A DNA stretch of 64,000 nucleotides, from contig CM022669.1 of the NCBI GenBank assembly GCA_012295275.1, positions 9,424,001-9,488,000 on the forward strand, written 5' to 3'. The notes beneath the pieces are model-generated. The model was not told where the DNA came from. It saw only the letters and a program-made list of their open reading frames with translations, and made no database searches. Shown here one piece after another: positions 15,804 to 28,731 of the stretch (within the stretch, counting starts at the first letter, position 1; each line of letters begins with the position of its first letter). Origin of the DNA: Chrysomallon squamiferum (Eukaryota; Animalia; Mollusca). The translations under genes were made by a program, and so were the position numbers.

Positions 15804-16898
15804 ATGCAGAGGGAAGTGGATATGGAAGTAGTCGTAGCGAAGATCATCTCGCTCGTAGTAATAACAATTCTCACAGTTCTCACTGGACTGTGTCCTCTGA
15901 GGATTCTCCAGACGTCTCCCAGGTTCCTGCACAGAAACAGACAGACCATCGAGTACTTTCTGTGCGGGATGCACTGTTTCTCCGGGGGGATATTCCTCGC
16001 CACGTGCTTTCTCCACCTGCTGCCCGACACGAGGGGCAAAATCGACGCCATGATGAATAACATGGGGTCAAGGTCAACGTATGCGGTGCCGGAACTGCTC
16101 ATCATGGTGGGGTTTTATGGGATTGTGTTCGTGGAGCAGTTTATTCAGTGGATGTACATGAAAGCGATCGAAACGGACAAAACGTGGGAGATGAACAAAG
16201 CTTACAAAGCAACGTCTGTTCCCAACGTCGACAGCCAGATGGAGAACGTTGTGGTCGACGTCAACGTGGAAACGACAAGTCTACATTCCGAGGTGGTTCA
16301 GGACCGCGTTCCTGATGGGATAGAAGGTCCGCAGGAGGACCCGGAAGAGGACAACGATTCGGAAATTCAGCCAGCGCCTTTCCAGGAGTTAGAAGTGAAA
16401 AAAGTCGTTTCGGAATTCAGTCGAAACGACTACACAAACAAAGGTCATTTCAGGTTGATAGTGTACATCATAGCTCTTTCTTTTCACGGCATTTTTGAAG
16501 GAATGACTCTCGCCTTGCAGAGTGTGGAGAGCAACGTGTGGAGTCTGTGTTTCGCGATCTGTGTACACAGATGTGTTCTCGCCTTCAAACTGGGCATGGA
16601 CCTGTGTCACACCGAGGAGAAGCAAGGCACGTCGTGGCTGTGCATTGGAACCTTCGCCTTGATCTCAGCACTCGGCATCGTGCTGGGAATTGTCCTGTCG
16701 TCTGGTGCTATGCTATACGCTGACGTCACAGTTCCTGAAGCCATCCTGCAGAGTCTGGCCACGGGGACCATCTTCTACATCGTCTTCTTTGACATTCTCT
16801 TCAAGGACCTCCGAGGCAAGGACGACATGAAACGAATTGGTTGTTCCTTTGTAGGGTTCGTCTTGATGGCCGTTGTTTTCGCCATTATAACGTCATGA
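15804..16898 (+). CDS. ZIP (SLC39) family zinc/metal transporter, ZIP1/2/3-like (subfamily II), ~364 aa, single coding exon
   Basis: Long GC-rich ORF; first ATG at 15804, directly after an acceptor-like TTCCAG. 3+5 TM layout with motifs KIISLVVITILTVLTGLCP, CFSGGIFLATCFLHLLP, PELLIMVGF..VEQ, TM4 LSFHGIFEG, TM5 AICVHR and LQSLATGTIFYIVFFDIL. Confidence 0.95.
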   Translation: MQREVDMEVVVAKIISLVVITILTVLTGLCPLRILQTSPRFLHRNRQTIEYFLCGMHCFSGGIFLATCFLHLLPDTRGKIDAMMNNMGSRSTYAVPELLIMVGFYGIVFVEQFIQWMYMKAIETDKTWEMNKAYKATSVPNVDSQMENVVVDVNVETTSLHSEVVQDRVPDGIEGPQEDPEEDNDSEIQPAPFQELEVKKVVSEFSRNDYTNKGHFRLIVYIIALSFHGIFEGMTLALQSVESNVWSLCFAICVHRCVLAFKLGMDLCHTEEKQGTSWLCIGTFALISALGIVLGIVLSSGAMLYADVTVPEAILQSLATGTIFYIVFFDILFKDLRGKDDMKRIGCSFVGFVLMAVVFAIITS

Positions 16899-16957
16899 CG
16901 TTGAGTGGTTTAGACAACGTCATGACGTTGAGTGGCGTGGACCTCGTGACGTCATGA
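16889..16957 (+). repeat. Tandem palindromic 20-mer overlapping the ZIP stop codon
   Basis: AACGTCATGACGTTGAGTGG at 16889-16908 and 16916-16935, with a partial GACGTCATGA at 16948. The core AACGTCATGACGTT is a perfect palindrome. Confidence 0.85.
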
Positions 16958-17519
16958 AAACGGTTGTATTTGTCACTGCATCATTTTAATGACGTTTGTG
17001 ATTGCTGTCGTCAAGTTTTGACGGACGATTTCTCTGCGGTAATGAATTATTGATGGTGATTCTTTTTGCCATCGTAACTGTTGGTTTTCTTTGCCATGTT
17101 TACAAACGTCTTCAACAGACGATGTGTTTGCCAACATTATAATCATATAACAATATTTATTATACTTCATTTGTTATTCTTCATATAACATATATGTATA
17201 CATTTTTATTTTTCAAGCTCGTGAAATTGTATGCGAATGTTTTGACTGCTTACGTACCGTTGATAAATTTATAAAATTATTATGCGTTCGTCGATTCTGT
17301 TTTCTGTGTTAGTTTCTACCACTGTGGTCAGTCCACAAGTTGTTTGTGCATTAAGATCGGGGGCGGGGGGGGGGGGGGGTGTAACTGGGTACACGTGTAA
17401 AATGAGTACATATATTTAAATGTGAGGTTAGACAGAATATCCCAGTCAGTTCATGTAGCTGACAAACAAGTCAAAAGCAGATGTTAAATCATATTGAAAT
17501 ATCAGTCTTGTTTAGATAT

Positions 17520-17570
<51 letters not shown>

Positions 17571-17674
17571 CACAAAATACAGTATTAAAGAAATGAAATG
17601 ATACAAGTATTAAAAAAGTCAGTACGTGAATACATGTATACCTGTATTTATGCAAACATATATACATTCATACA

Positions 17675-17732
<58 letters not shown>

Positions 17733-17855
17733 GACACACACACAGACAGCCATCTTGCATGTACATACATAACTCATCAGTACAAAAAATAGTATATTTG
17801 CTCGGATTCAGTAATTGTTAATCTATGAGAAACAACCCCCCAAAAAAAAAAACCT

Positions 17856-17909
<54 letters not shown>

Positions 17910-18521
17910 AAAAAAGGAAAAGTACAAAAATAACACATTACACAAAAGAAATAAAACCACGCACTTACCTCGACAAACAGGATACTAAGTAAAACACATT
18001 ACAAACTCTAATAGCCACTTAAACCAACAATAACAGACACGACGAGCTCGTTAAACAGAAAGTATTTCACTGTCGTCAGTTATTTTACCTTTTTAATGTT
18101 GTCACTATTTATTTTCTATATTTTCACTCTTTGTTGTGTTTATTTTCTCACTGACATCAGCTGTTACTATTTTTAACCTTGATCAGTCAGATACCTGGTC
18201 ACGGCTGGTTTGTTTTCGGGTTTATTTGGAAACAAATCGACATGACAACATCAACGCAGCTAATATTTTGTAGCGAAACTAATTATGCACATGGGAATCG
18301 TGTGAAAACAAAGCTTATGACATAAAGAATGTTTGCACATTTCGTAACTCTCAAAATATGACTTTATGTATATGATCAGATGATTGTGTTTTCGTTTTTT
18401 GTTTGTTTGTTTTTTTGTTTATTTTATTATTATTATTATTATTTTTTTTTTTTATTTATTTATTTTTTTTTTTTTTTGTTTTGTTTGTCACGACATTTTA
18501 AAACTTATTCAGTTCAGTAAA

Positions 18522-18582
<61 letters not shown>

Positions 18583-19005
18583 TTACCTGTTTGTAAGAAA
18601 AAGCTTATCCAAGTTATTGAAAAACATTTGCCAATAAATTTTACATGCAAGATAAAAAAATGTATAATTTGCATTGATAGTTACACACTATAAACGCTCT
18701 ATGTGTGTTACAAAGTCTGACCAAAACAGCTGTTGTCATTTTAATAAAACAACTTCTAAGCGAGCTGCTTAAAATCAATTGATTTATACATTAAATTACA
18801 AAAATTTTAATAACGTTTAATCGCACACACAAACTGATCGAAATCTTCCAACATCTGTTAACTCGCGCTAAAGCTGGAGGTATCCGGGTTCGATTACTGG
18901 CAGAAGTGGATTAAAAATAATAATATACCGATCAATAATTCACAAAAAATAGTCCATTTCAGTGATCGAAGTATATTTGTTTTTAATCCGACGTTGAAAA
19001 CAGAT

Positions 19006-19046
<41 letters not shown>

Positions 19047-20065
19047 TGTGTGTATATATATATATTCATACAGTGAGAGAGAGAATGATGAAGATACACA
19101 CGTGTGTATGTGTGTGTTATTTGACATTTGATCTAGCTTTTGTTTTAAATGAAACCTGGAATATATATATATATATATTCATAGAGTGAGAGAGAGAATG
19201 ATGATGGTGATGATGATAATGCAAACAGAACATTAGGTTCTAAAGTTGTCTTTTTTTTCCCCCCAGGTTTTTATTTAAAACAAAAATTAGATCAAATGTC
19301 GTAATTAATTAGCTTCATAAAAAAAAAAAAAAAATTTTTATTTCTTCCTATGATCGACCTTTGACGCACGTACATACATACAAGTCAGTTACTGATTCTC
19401 TGTTATTTCAAACTTGCTGCTTTATCTTTGAACAAAACGTTCCAGCTTTCACCACATCTAAACTCAAACACTCCCCACCAGACTCAGGCCCAGGCTTCTA
19501 GTTAACTAGTGAACATTAACATTAATAAAACCCGAAGAAAAAGCTGAAACGATGCACCATGCATTATTTCATATCTCACTGGAATACTTCTATCGATCAG
19601 ACGAGAAACCTTCTCGGCTTTCCCTCTTTTCGTTATTCAAAATTTTCTCTACGCGGAGATAACAATAATCTAAATGTCCCACGAGACAGGCTGATGCTGG
19701 CGTCGACTCCGTTCCGAGGACACCAGACGCGCGGTAAGATCCAACTTAAATTCCCATCATCAATCCTCGAATGGCACATTTGGGCACGAAACTCGTAATT
19801 ACGAAAATGGCCAGAAACGGACTGTTACTACTACGTACACAAACTGCGCGCGCGCTCTAAGTTCAGCTGACTGGAAACAAACAAAACACCAGTTTTCTTG
19901 TGTGTGATCCGCTCATTCGTCTTTTTTCTTTCACTTCCATTTCATCTGCTTTTGCTTCTTCTTTTTCTCTCTTTTATTTTATTTTATTTTATTTTTTTTT
20001 TTAGTCAGTTTCAGATGATTACATTAATGAAGTAAAGAAACATTTTGTCTTTGTGTTTCAAAATT

Positions 20066-20236
<171 letters not shown>

Positions 20237-21381
20237 GCAGACAAATGCACAATTTTTTTTTTTTTTCATTTTAGTTCGTAATTACCCTAAACGGCGGCAT
20301 ATTATTAAGTACAAATACTATTATTTCAACTGAACGCTTTTTTCTACCTAAATTTGTTTTCCTTTCTCCCTGTTCTACGTGCAGATGTAATTAAATCTGC
20401 TGTCACTATCACGCAAACGAGAAAATTATTTTTCCTGAACGGAACAGCTTTAACAGATGAGTCAATTTGTAAGAGAACCAAAATACGCATCAAACATGCA
20501 AGAGGTTTTTTTTTTTTTTTTTTTATTTTATTTTATTTTCTTGTGTGTTACGATTTGAACCTAGACAAAGAAAGCAGACAACGTTAAGAAGTACCGTAGT
20601 GTTCCAGTATGATTCTAAAAATGTGTGGATGTATTTGTAGGTAAGCATGTGCGTGTGCGTGCGTGTTAGGGTGTTCTTATGTATTTTGGTACATGTGTGT
20701 TTGTATGTATGTTTGTATGTGTATAGGTGTATGTGTGTTTGTATGTATGTTTGTATGTGTGTATATAGTATGTATGTATGTATGTATGTATTATATACGT
20801 ATGTATGTATGTATGTATGTATGTATGTATGAATGTATGTATGTATGTATGTATATATCTATATATGTATGTATGTATATATGTATGTATATATGTATGT
20901 ATATATGTATATATGTGTATAGTATGTTTCTATGTATATATATATGTATGTATGTATGTGTGTATGTATGTGTGTGTGTATATATATATATCTATATATA
21001 TATATGGATGTATGTATATGTGTATGTGAGTGTGAATGTGATAGATAGATCTTTCTTTTTATGTACGTCGTAGTAGTAGTAATAGTAGAAGTATTAGCAT
21101 TAACATTGGCAGTAGCAGCAATAGTGATAGTTATAGTAGCAGTATTAGTAATAATAGTAGTATAGTAATTTCAGCAGTGATGATATTAGTAGCACTAACA
21201 GTAGTTATAATGATAGTAGTAGTAGTAGTAATAGTAGTAGTGGTAGTAGTAGTACTAATATAAGTTCTCGTGTAATACCATTAGTAATAAATTTGGTAGT
21301 AATTGTAATAACAGGATTGGAGACAGTCATATTAGTAGTTAAGAATATTATATTATGTAAACAAGTAGTTGTAACAGTAGC

Positions 21382-21412
<31 letters not shown>

Positions 21413-22025
21413 GACGCAGCAGAAGAAGCAAAAATTGCTGTCACAATAACATGAAAGAAGGAAAAACAAACTGAAAACGTTTATTCAGTCTTCTGTTACA
21501 AAAACGGAAAGAAGAAATCAATAGAAAAGAAAAAAAAAAACATTATAACAGAATTCACAGACGTTAATCTGAAACTATTAATAATGTTTTGAAAACATCC
21601 ACGAGAAGAAAAATTATCTCATTATATGCAGAAGGCCATATTTTGAATACTGTTATTATTTTCCCCGTTTCTGCAAAATCTCGTTTATTTATAGGTTAAA
21701 AAAAAACGATGAATATGCCTACAGGCAATTTTCAATGCAACAAAAGAAATTTTATAAGGACCGTATTGAAAGGGAAAAAAAGTGCTAAATGCAAATAAAG
21801 TGAATTAAATGAAAATAAGTGTATTAACAGCTTAAGAAGAAGCAGTAAAGGAAACACAAGAATTAAAAGAAAAGAAAAATGTTTTATAAGATAAACTGAG
21901 TATTAAAGTAATAAAAAAAAAAAAAATGAAATGAAAGAAAAATAAAACTAGGGTCTTTAATATAAATATGGCACAAATATTGAACGCGAATACAACATTT
22001 ATATGTATATAGAAATTGATTACTG

Positions 22026-22063
<38 letters not shown>

Positions 22064-22480
22064 ATTATATATCCTTTTTAAAATATTCTCATTTCATTGT
22101 TCTGATATATAAGGTAAACGTGAAGGCTTAGAAAGACATCAAAAATCATTACGAAGCAAAGTCTGGCCTAATTCTTCTTTCATAAAGTGATTAAATAAAT
22201 AAAACGAGGAAGCTGATGGGAAATAATTAAGTCAGTCAGTTTTGGAAATATTAATTATTTACCAGTTTATCAAGTGAATAATTGACAAGCGAGCAGTGAG
22301 GTCATAACAATCTCTTTAAACAAGTTTTATAACATCAGGTGACTTTTACATTTATTTATTTGACCTTCAAACAGTGGAAAGGTGAAGTCTAGGAACAAAA
22401 AGAGAAATTTTTGTTTTCCGAATTTTTCTGTTTCTGACTGAAGTAAACTGATAACTGAAACAAGAATGACGTCTATCTTA

Positions 22481-22662
<182 letters not shown>

Positions 22663-23265
22663 ACACACAAACAAACGCAGAAAGCCACACACACATACAC
22701 TCTCAAACACACACACACACAAACACAAACACAAAAACACAAATATACACATACATACATACATACATTAACATACATACATACATACATACATACATAC
22801 ATACATACATACATACATACATACGTACATACATACATACATACACATACATGCACGGAATCATACATACGCAACCTCCCCACAAAATAAAGTGATACAT
22901 CCACTATACACATGTATAAAGCTTCGCTGAAATTTCTCATTATAAAAAAACATATTAAACTTCCTGTTTTTTTGTCTCCATTCTGAGATGTTTATTTCCG
23001 AACCCTGCTGTTATGTAATGTATTACGCTGAATTTTAATTAAAACATTTCTAACAGCAGCAGCTATGTTTAATTCACAAATATTGATTGTATCAAAAAGA
23101 AATGTTTTTATTTTTTATTTCATAGGCATTAACTAAACAAGAAAAGCATACATCATACTGGAAAGTACATCTAGATTTTTGTTCAAGAATAATCACGTTA
23201 AAGAATGTCATAAACTATCGCATACTCGAAAAAAATGATGTACAAAAAATGAAAAACAGCAACAA

Positions 23266-23305
<40 letters not shown>

Positions 23306-24482
23306 AATAATTTAATAAATCCTGATAAAATAAACTTTATTAAATCTAATTAAAATGCACGCACATCAAATTAAGCATTAAATTTTAATTCACTTAAAAA
23401 TATCCAAGAGATGAAAAAAAAATATATATAAATAAAATAAACAATAGGTATATATGTACATACAAACGTACACACACACACATGTTAAATAAATAAATAT
23501 TTCAAAAAATAGAACTTTTACAAGACGTAGTCGAAATGAAAAATTTACACTTCGACTCACATTTTATTAATAAACTTCTAACAGTCTGACCTTACACTGT
23601 ACTGAGAATTAACCCAAATCTCAGTGATAAACCAGTAAAACGCCTGCTATACATTAACCACATCCAAGTCTTCAACTTTCAAAACATAAATTCCATTACA
23701 ACTAGACCTCATGTATTAGTCATCTAACTATTAAGATAATAATATTCGAAATGTCACGAACTGAAGCTTAATTACGTGTCATTACCACCAATGAATATTT
23801 ACAGTTTCCTACAAAGATAATTATGAAGTGAACGTTGTAAGTTAATAGATTAATCTCTCTGGCATAGCAACGTTGTACGAAGTGTCACGTTTTCAACTAC
23901 TGAATATTTCAAAATATCAACTGAAACTTTAACGAAATTTACGTTTATAAGGTTGTAAGAACTGTTATGCAAATCAGATTTTTTTTTATGGGAATATATT
24001 TCAGTTATGGGAATAATATAAGGCTAAGAGTATTACAAGTTTAATCAGAAATATTAGTCACAGTATAAATCTTACATTTCATTGGCTGACAGTTTTCCTC
24101 TTTGGGTTTCTTACACATTTCGTCGCTAATCCTTAACTGAATAAAATAAGTTTGTAATGCTTAAATGTATTATCTATATTTTAAAAAAATATATATTTTA
24201 ACTAATTTTAAAATCTGTTTTGGTTATTAATCATTAATAAAGCGATGATTGGAGGGTTCAGATCAAAATAAGGTTTTTAGAATATTTACTAATCAGTGTT
24301 CATCCTGGGCATATTCCCGCCCGTTCCAACCATCGTTCCCTTACTGGAGCATCAAAACCCATAGTGTGTTTTATTATTTGTTAACGAAGCATGTCAGTAC
24401 AGATATTTTGCTGAGAGAACGAGCTCGTTTCATGCTCTAAGACGGATCGATCCTGCGACATAACGCTTCTTATGATAGTCTC

Positions 24483-24723
24483 CTACAACGAAAACAGAAT
24501 CACACTATTCAAGAAAAGTGAAGTGAAAGCTATAAAAGCGTTGTAGTAAGTGATCTTTTCAAAGTGTTCACACGAACACAGGAAGCCTGTAGAAAGGTCT
24601 GCATACAGAAAGTGTTCAAGTTTGTCGCAGTTTAACCACGGTTTTGCTGGATCAGTGGTTTGTGTGTTTGAAAACGAGTCTAAAACAAGCCTCGTCCTGC
24701 CCGCTGATCTGTGCACTGGTGTC
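24483..24723 (-). CDS. Possible isolated coding exon with a hydrophobic C-terminus
   Basis: TTTTTAG acceptor (minus strand), then an open frame ..TPVHRSAGRTRLVLDSFSNTQTTDPAKPWLNCDKLEHFLYADLSTGFLCSCEHFEKITYYNAFIAFTSLFLNSVILFSL*. Non-repetitive; partner exons not found. Confidence 0.2.
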
Positions 24724-24896
24724 CTAAAAATATTGATTCTGTGTTACGCACACGGAGGGTTATACAGAGTTAATCACTGTGTGACCAGTCTAGCGAAAGT
24801 GAATTTCACAGCAAAGCTGAAACTTGAGTGATGGTTGTTAGGTTACAGAGACAGGAGAGACTCGTCATTGGCGTGGTAGTTCGTGACAGTCACAAC

Positions 24897-24932
<36 letters not shown>

Positions 24933-25354
24933 AATAATGATAATGATGGTAAACTAATGTCGACGACGTCTGAGTTATGGATGATAATGATGATCATAGT
25001 AATGATAATGGTAGTGTAATGATGATGGTAATATTGATAATTTGTGTTGATGTTGATTCCGATGTTGTTGAAGACAACAATAACAGCAGCAGGATATCGT
25101 CGATAACAAACAGAAGCAAACTAATAAGATTAAATAAATAATTACATAATAACAACAACAACTACCACTGCTGCTGCTGCTGCTGCTACTGCTACAACCA
25201 CCAACATTACACTTAATACTCCTACTATTACCACTACTTAATAATAATAAATAACAACAACAACAATATTAATAATAATATTAATACTAATAATACTACT
25301 ACTACTAATAAAGTACTACTACTACAATTGCTACCACTACTACTACTACTATTT

Positions 25355-25387
<33 letters not shown>

Positions 25388-26086
25388 ATAATAATAATAA
25401 TAAAATCGAAGGTTAGACATTTAATGCTAGAACGACTGAGAGAGTTTCAGAAACTAAGCCGACTTGCACACTTGACAAAGTAACTCGCTAATTCTCACAA
25501 ACACCTTTACGTGGAGCAAAATAAACTCTGATCTGAGGCTCTGGCAATTATTTCTTGTGTTCTTCACTGCATCAAGTGTCTCATTCGCAGCTAAACACGA
25601 CTACAATTATAGATTTATACTTCTGAGAAAACAAGCTGTCATTTAACAGCTCGGAAACAAAAACGTTATCAGATAGACTGAGTTCTGTGACAGGCAAGCT
25701 AATAGACGGAGAGGAGGCATGATGATGTGTATTTGTATGTGCGTGTGCGTGTGTGTGTATATGTATGTGTTTGTTGTTTGTTGTGTTTATGTGTATGTGG
25801 ATGTATGGGTGTATGTTTATAAAGATGTGTATGTGTTTATGTTTATGTTGTTCTGTGTATGTTTTATTGTTTGTGTATGTGTGTGTGTGTGTGTTTATGT
25901 ATATATTTTGTGTGTAGGTTTATGTATGTTGTTTTGTATATGTGTATGCGTATGTGTATGTGTGTTTGGATGTGTGTGTTTTATTTGTATCTCTAAGTAT
26001 GTTGTTTTGTGTTAATGTGAGTCTGTGTATGTGTGCGTGTGTATATTAATGCAGACGAATATAGAGAAAGAATGAGAGAAAGAGAT

Positions 26087-26205
26087 AAACTATACAGAGA
26101 GCACTGCTAATTTAAATCCAAGTTAATATTTTTAATACAATTATGACCTGCTACAATGAAATGTCTAAAATTGTAAAAAATATTTTTTTGTGTGTGTGCT
26201 TATTT

Positions 26206-26292
<87 letters not shown>
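26087..26292 (+). repeat. Dispersed repeat with (AAT)n tail, copy 2
   Basis: Diverged match to ~2220-2400. Confidence 0.6.
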
Positions 26293-26294
<2 letters not shown>

Positions 26295-27028
26295 TATCGA
26301 TAAACCTATTTAATAATGTAGACAAAATATCGACTTGAGAAAAAAAAAAAAAAATAATAAAAAATTATATTTATTTCCTGAACGTGAAATGGAGTAATCT
26401 ATTATCTGTTATTAAATCAAATTTGTCACGCTCTTCGAAAACTGAAAATAATTTACTTTTTTTTTTTTTTTTTTTTTTTTCCTTTCTAATCAGAGAACCC
26501 GCAGGTGAAAAGGGACTACAAATTTCTTTTTCAGAAACAGGAAAATAAAAGTCGGTTCATTATCTGTCAATTTAATGTAATGGCGATAGCAAATTACGTT
26601 GTAATTTACTCTAACAGTGTATGGAGGCCGTTGCTATGAAACGATGTTGTTAGATGGCGCATTGTTGTCAGAAATGGCTTTTTGATGTCACGTGAGAATT
26701 AACGGTAGCCATCAAAGTGCTTGGTTAAACTGTTTATGTTGATAAATACAAAGATTTGTATATATATATATATATACATTGTGTTTATTTGTCCGTGTAC
26801 GCGTGTGTGTTCGTGAGTGTGTGTGTGAGTGTTTGTGTGCGCGTGTGTACGTGTGTGTGTGTATACGGATTGGTATGTGTTTTTAAATGTATGTATATGT
26901 GTGTCTATATATACATTTTTATATGTGACAATGCTGTAGCCCGTTTGTTACAGAATAAACGTGAAAACTGAAATGGTTGCATGTTCAAATCTCTCCATTT
27001 AGCCAATTCTACTTTCTCATATTCCTGT

Positions 27029-27111
<83 letters not shown>

Positions 27112-27363
27112 CATTACACAAATATTATAAAAATATAAGCCCCATGAAAGAAATGCCATTCACTGAGGAATATGTCTTCCAAAGTAATGTGATCTACTGT
27201 TAAAAGATTAATTTCAGATAACTGTTTTTATTTCTGTGTCTGCATTACACGTACAATGATTAATTTTTCATTAGATATATCATAAACACAAAAATAAATT
27301 TTACGATAATAAAAATATCATAAAACCCAATTAGCAGACATTTTAATTCGATTTTCATCATAG

Positions 27364-27407
<44 letters not shown>

Positions 27408-28696
27408 TATGTCTTCATATTTACTGTTGCTGTCACTTATTATTAGTGTTGTCGCTTTTTTTCTTTTTCCTTTTTATAACTAGCACAGCTAGAACAATAA
27501 AAAGTAATTTTACCACTACTACAGTTAGTTTTACTGTAATGGCTACAACAACAACCATTACTACTCATTCAAATGTTAGAATATCTAAACAGTTTATTAT
27601 TACTTACAATGCATCTCAATTATTATAACCTATTCTACAGTTACCGCCGTTGTGGCAACTTTTGCTCTAATTGTACGATGATGATGATGAAGATGATGAT
27701 GATGATCAGCACCAGCAGCAACAGCACCAGGAGTAGCAGCAACAACACCAGCATCATATAGAACAAAACAAAAGCAACACCTTTCCTTCTTTCCAAGCTC
27801 TTTAATTTTCTGCAGGTCTTCCCTAAATACTTAATAATCCGTGTAACAGCGACAATAGAGTAGTTTTCATTTTACTAGTCGTGAAATCCGATTACTTCTC
27901 TGAACTAGTCTCACTCACTTTGCTGTCTCTAATCTCACTTTGTTTGTGTGTTTATGTGTCGCTAATTGTCCCCAATCTGTGAACCTTTATCTCCGTCTAT
28001 TTTTTTTCTACGTAACAAAGGCTAAAGAGGATTTTAAACAGATTTTGTATAAAACCTGTAATACTGAGATTATGAAATTGAAAAAAAAAAAAAAAAAAAT
28101 AAATAAAAATAAAAGAAGAAAAAACAAAGAAAGGTAAAGAGAAAACTAATAAAAAAATGAAAATGAAAGAGAAAAGATGTAAAATGATGTAAGTTAAATG
28201 GAAAGTGGTGTGTTATCAAAAATCCGATTATATTTTGTTCTTTTGTTATGAGTAATGTGTGTTTCTTTCTCATTAGTCTATAGCTGCCATTACAAATACT
28301 ATCATTATTAATATTATTTATTATTATCTTACATTAGTATACATGTCTATCTATCTATCTACATTATATATATATATGCGTGTGTGTGTGTGTGTGTGTG
28401 TGTAAAGAAAAGAAAATTGAAATCAAGGATTTTTCACTTATGGTTATAATATTTGTTCGTTTCTTAACTAAGTTTCTCTTCTACAAAAGTTCATTCGGTT
28501 CATTATTTTAAAACACCATTAAAATAAAATCTATATTTTTTATATGTGTAGAGAAAATTACACTGTTTTTAAGTGCAAAGCTTTTCTTGAGAATAAAATT
28601 CTCACTGACATTTTGCTCGAGAACAGTTGACTTTATGAGTATAAAGGTCATACGTCATTGAAAAAGTAAAATAAACAAATACTTTCATGATAATAA

Positions 28697-28731
<35 letters not shown>

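Noticed and set aside
15735-16723. Short ORFs overlapping the ZIP gene on both strands
   Set aside because: Alternative-frame or antisense shadows of a GC-rich CDS.
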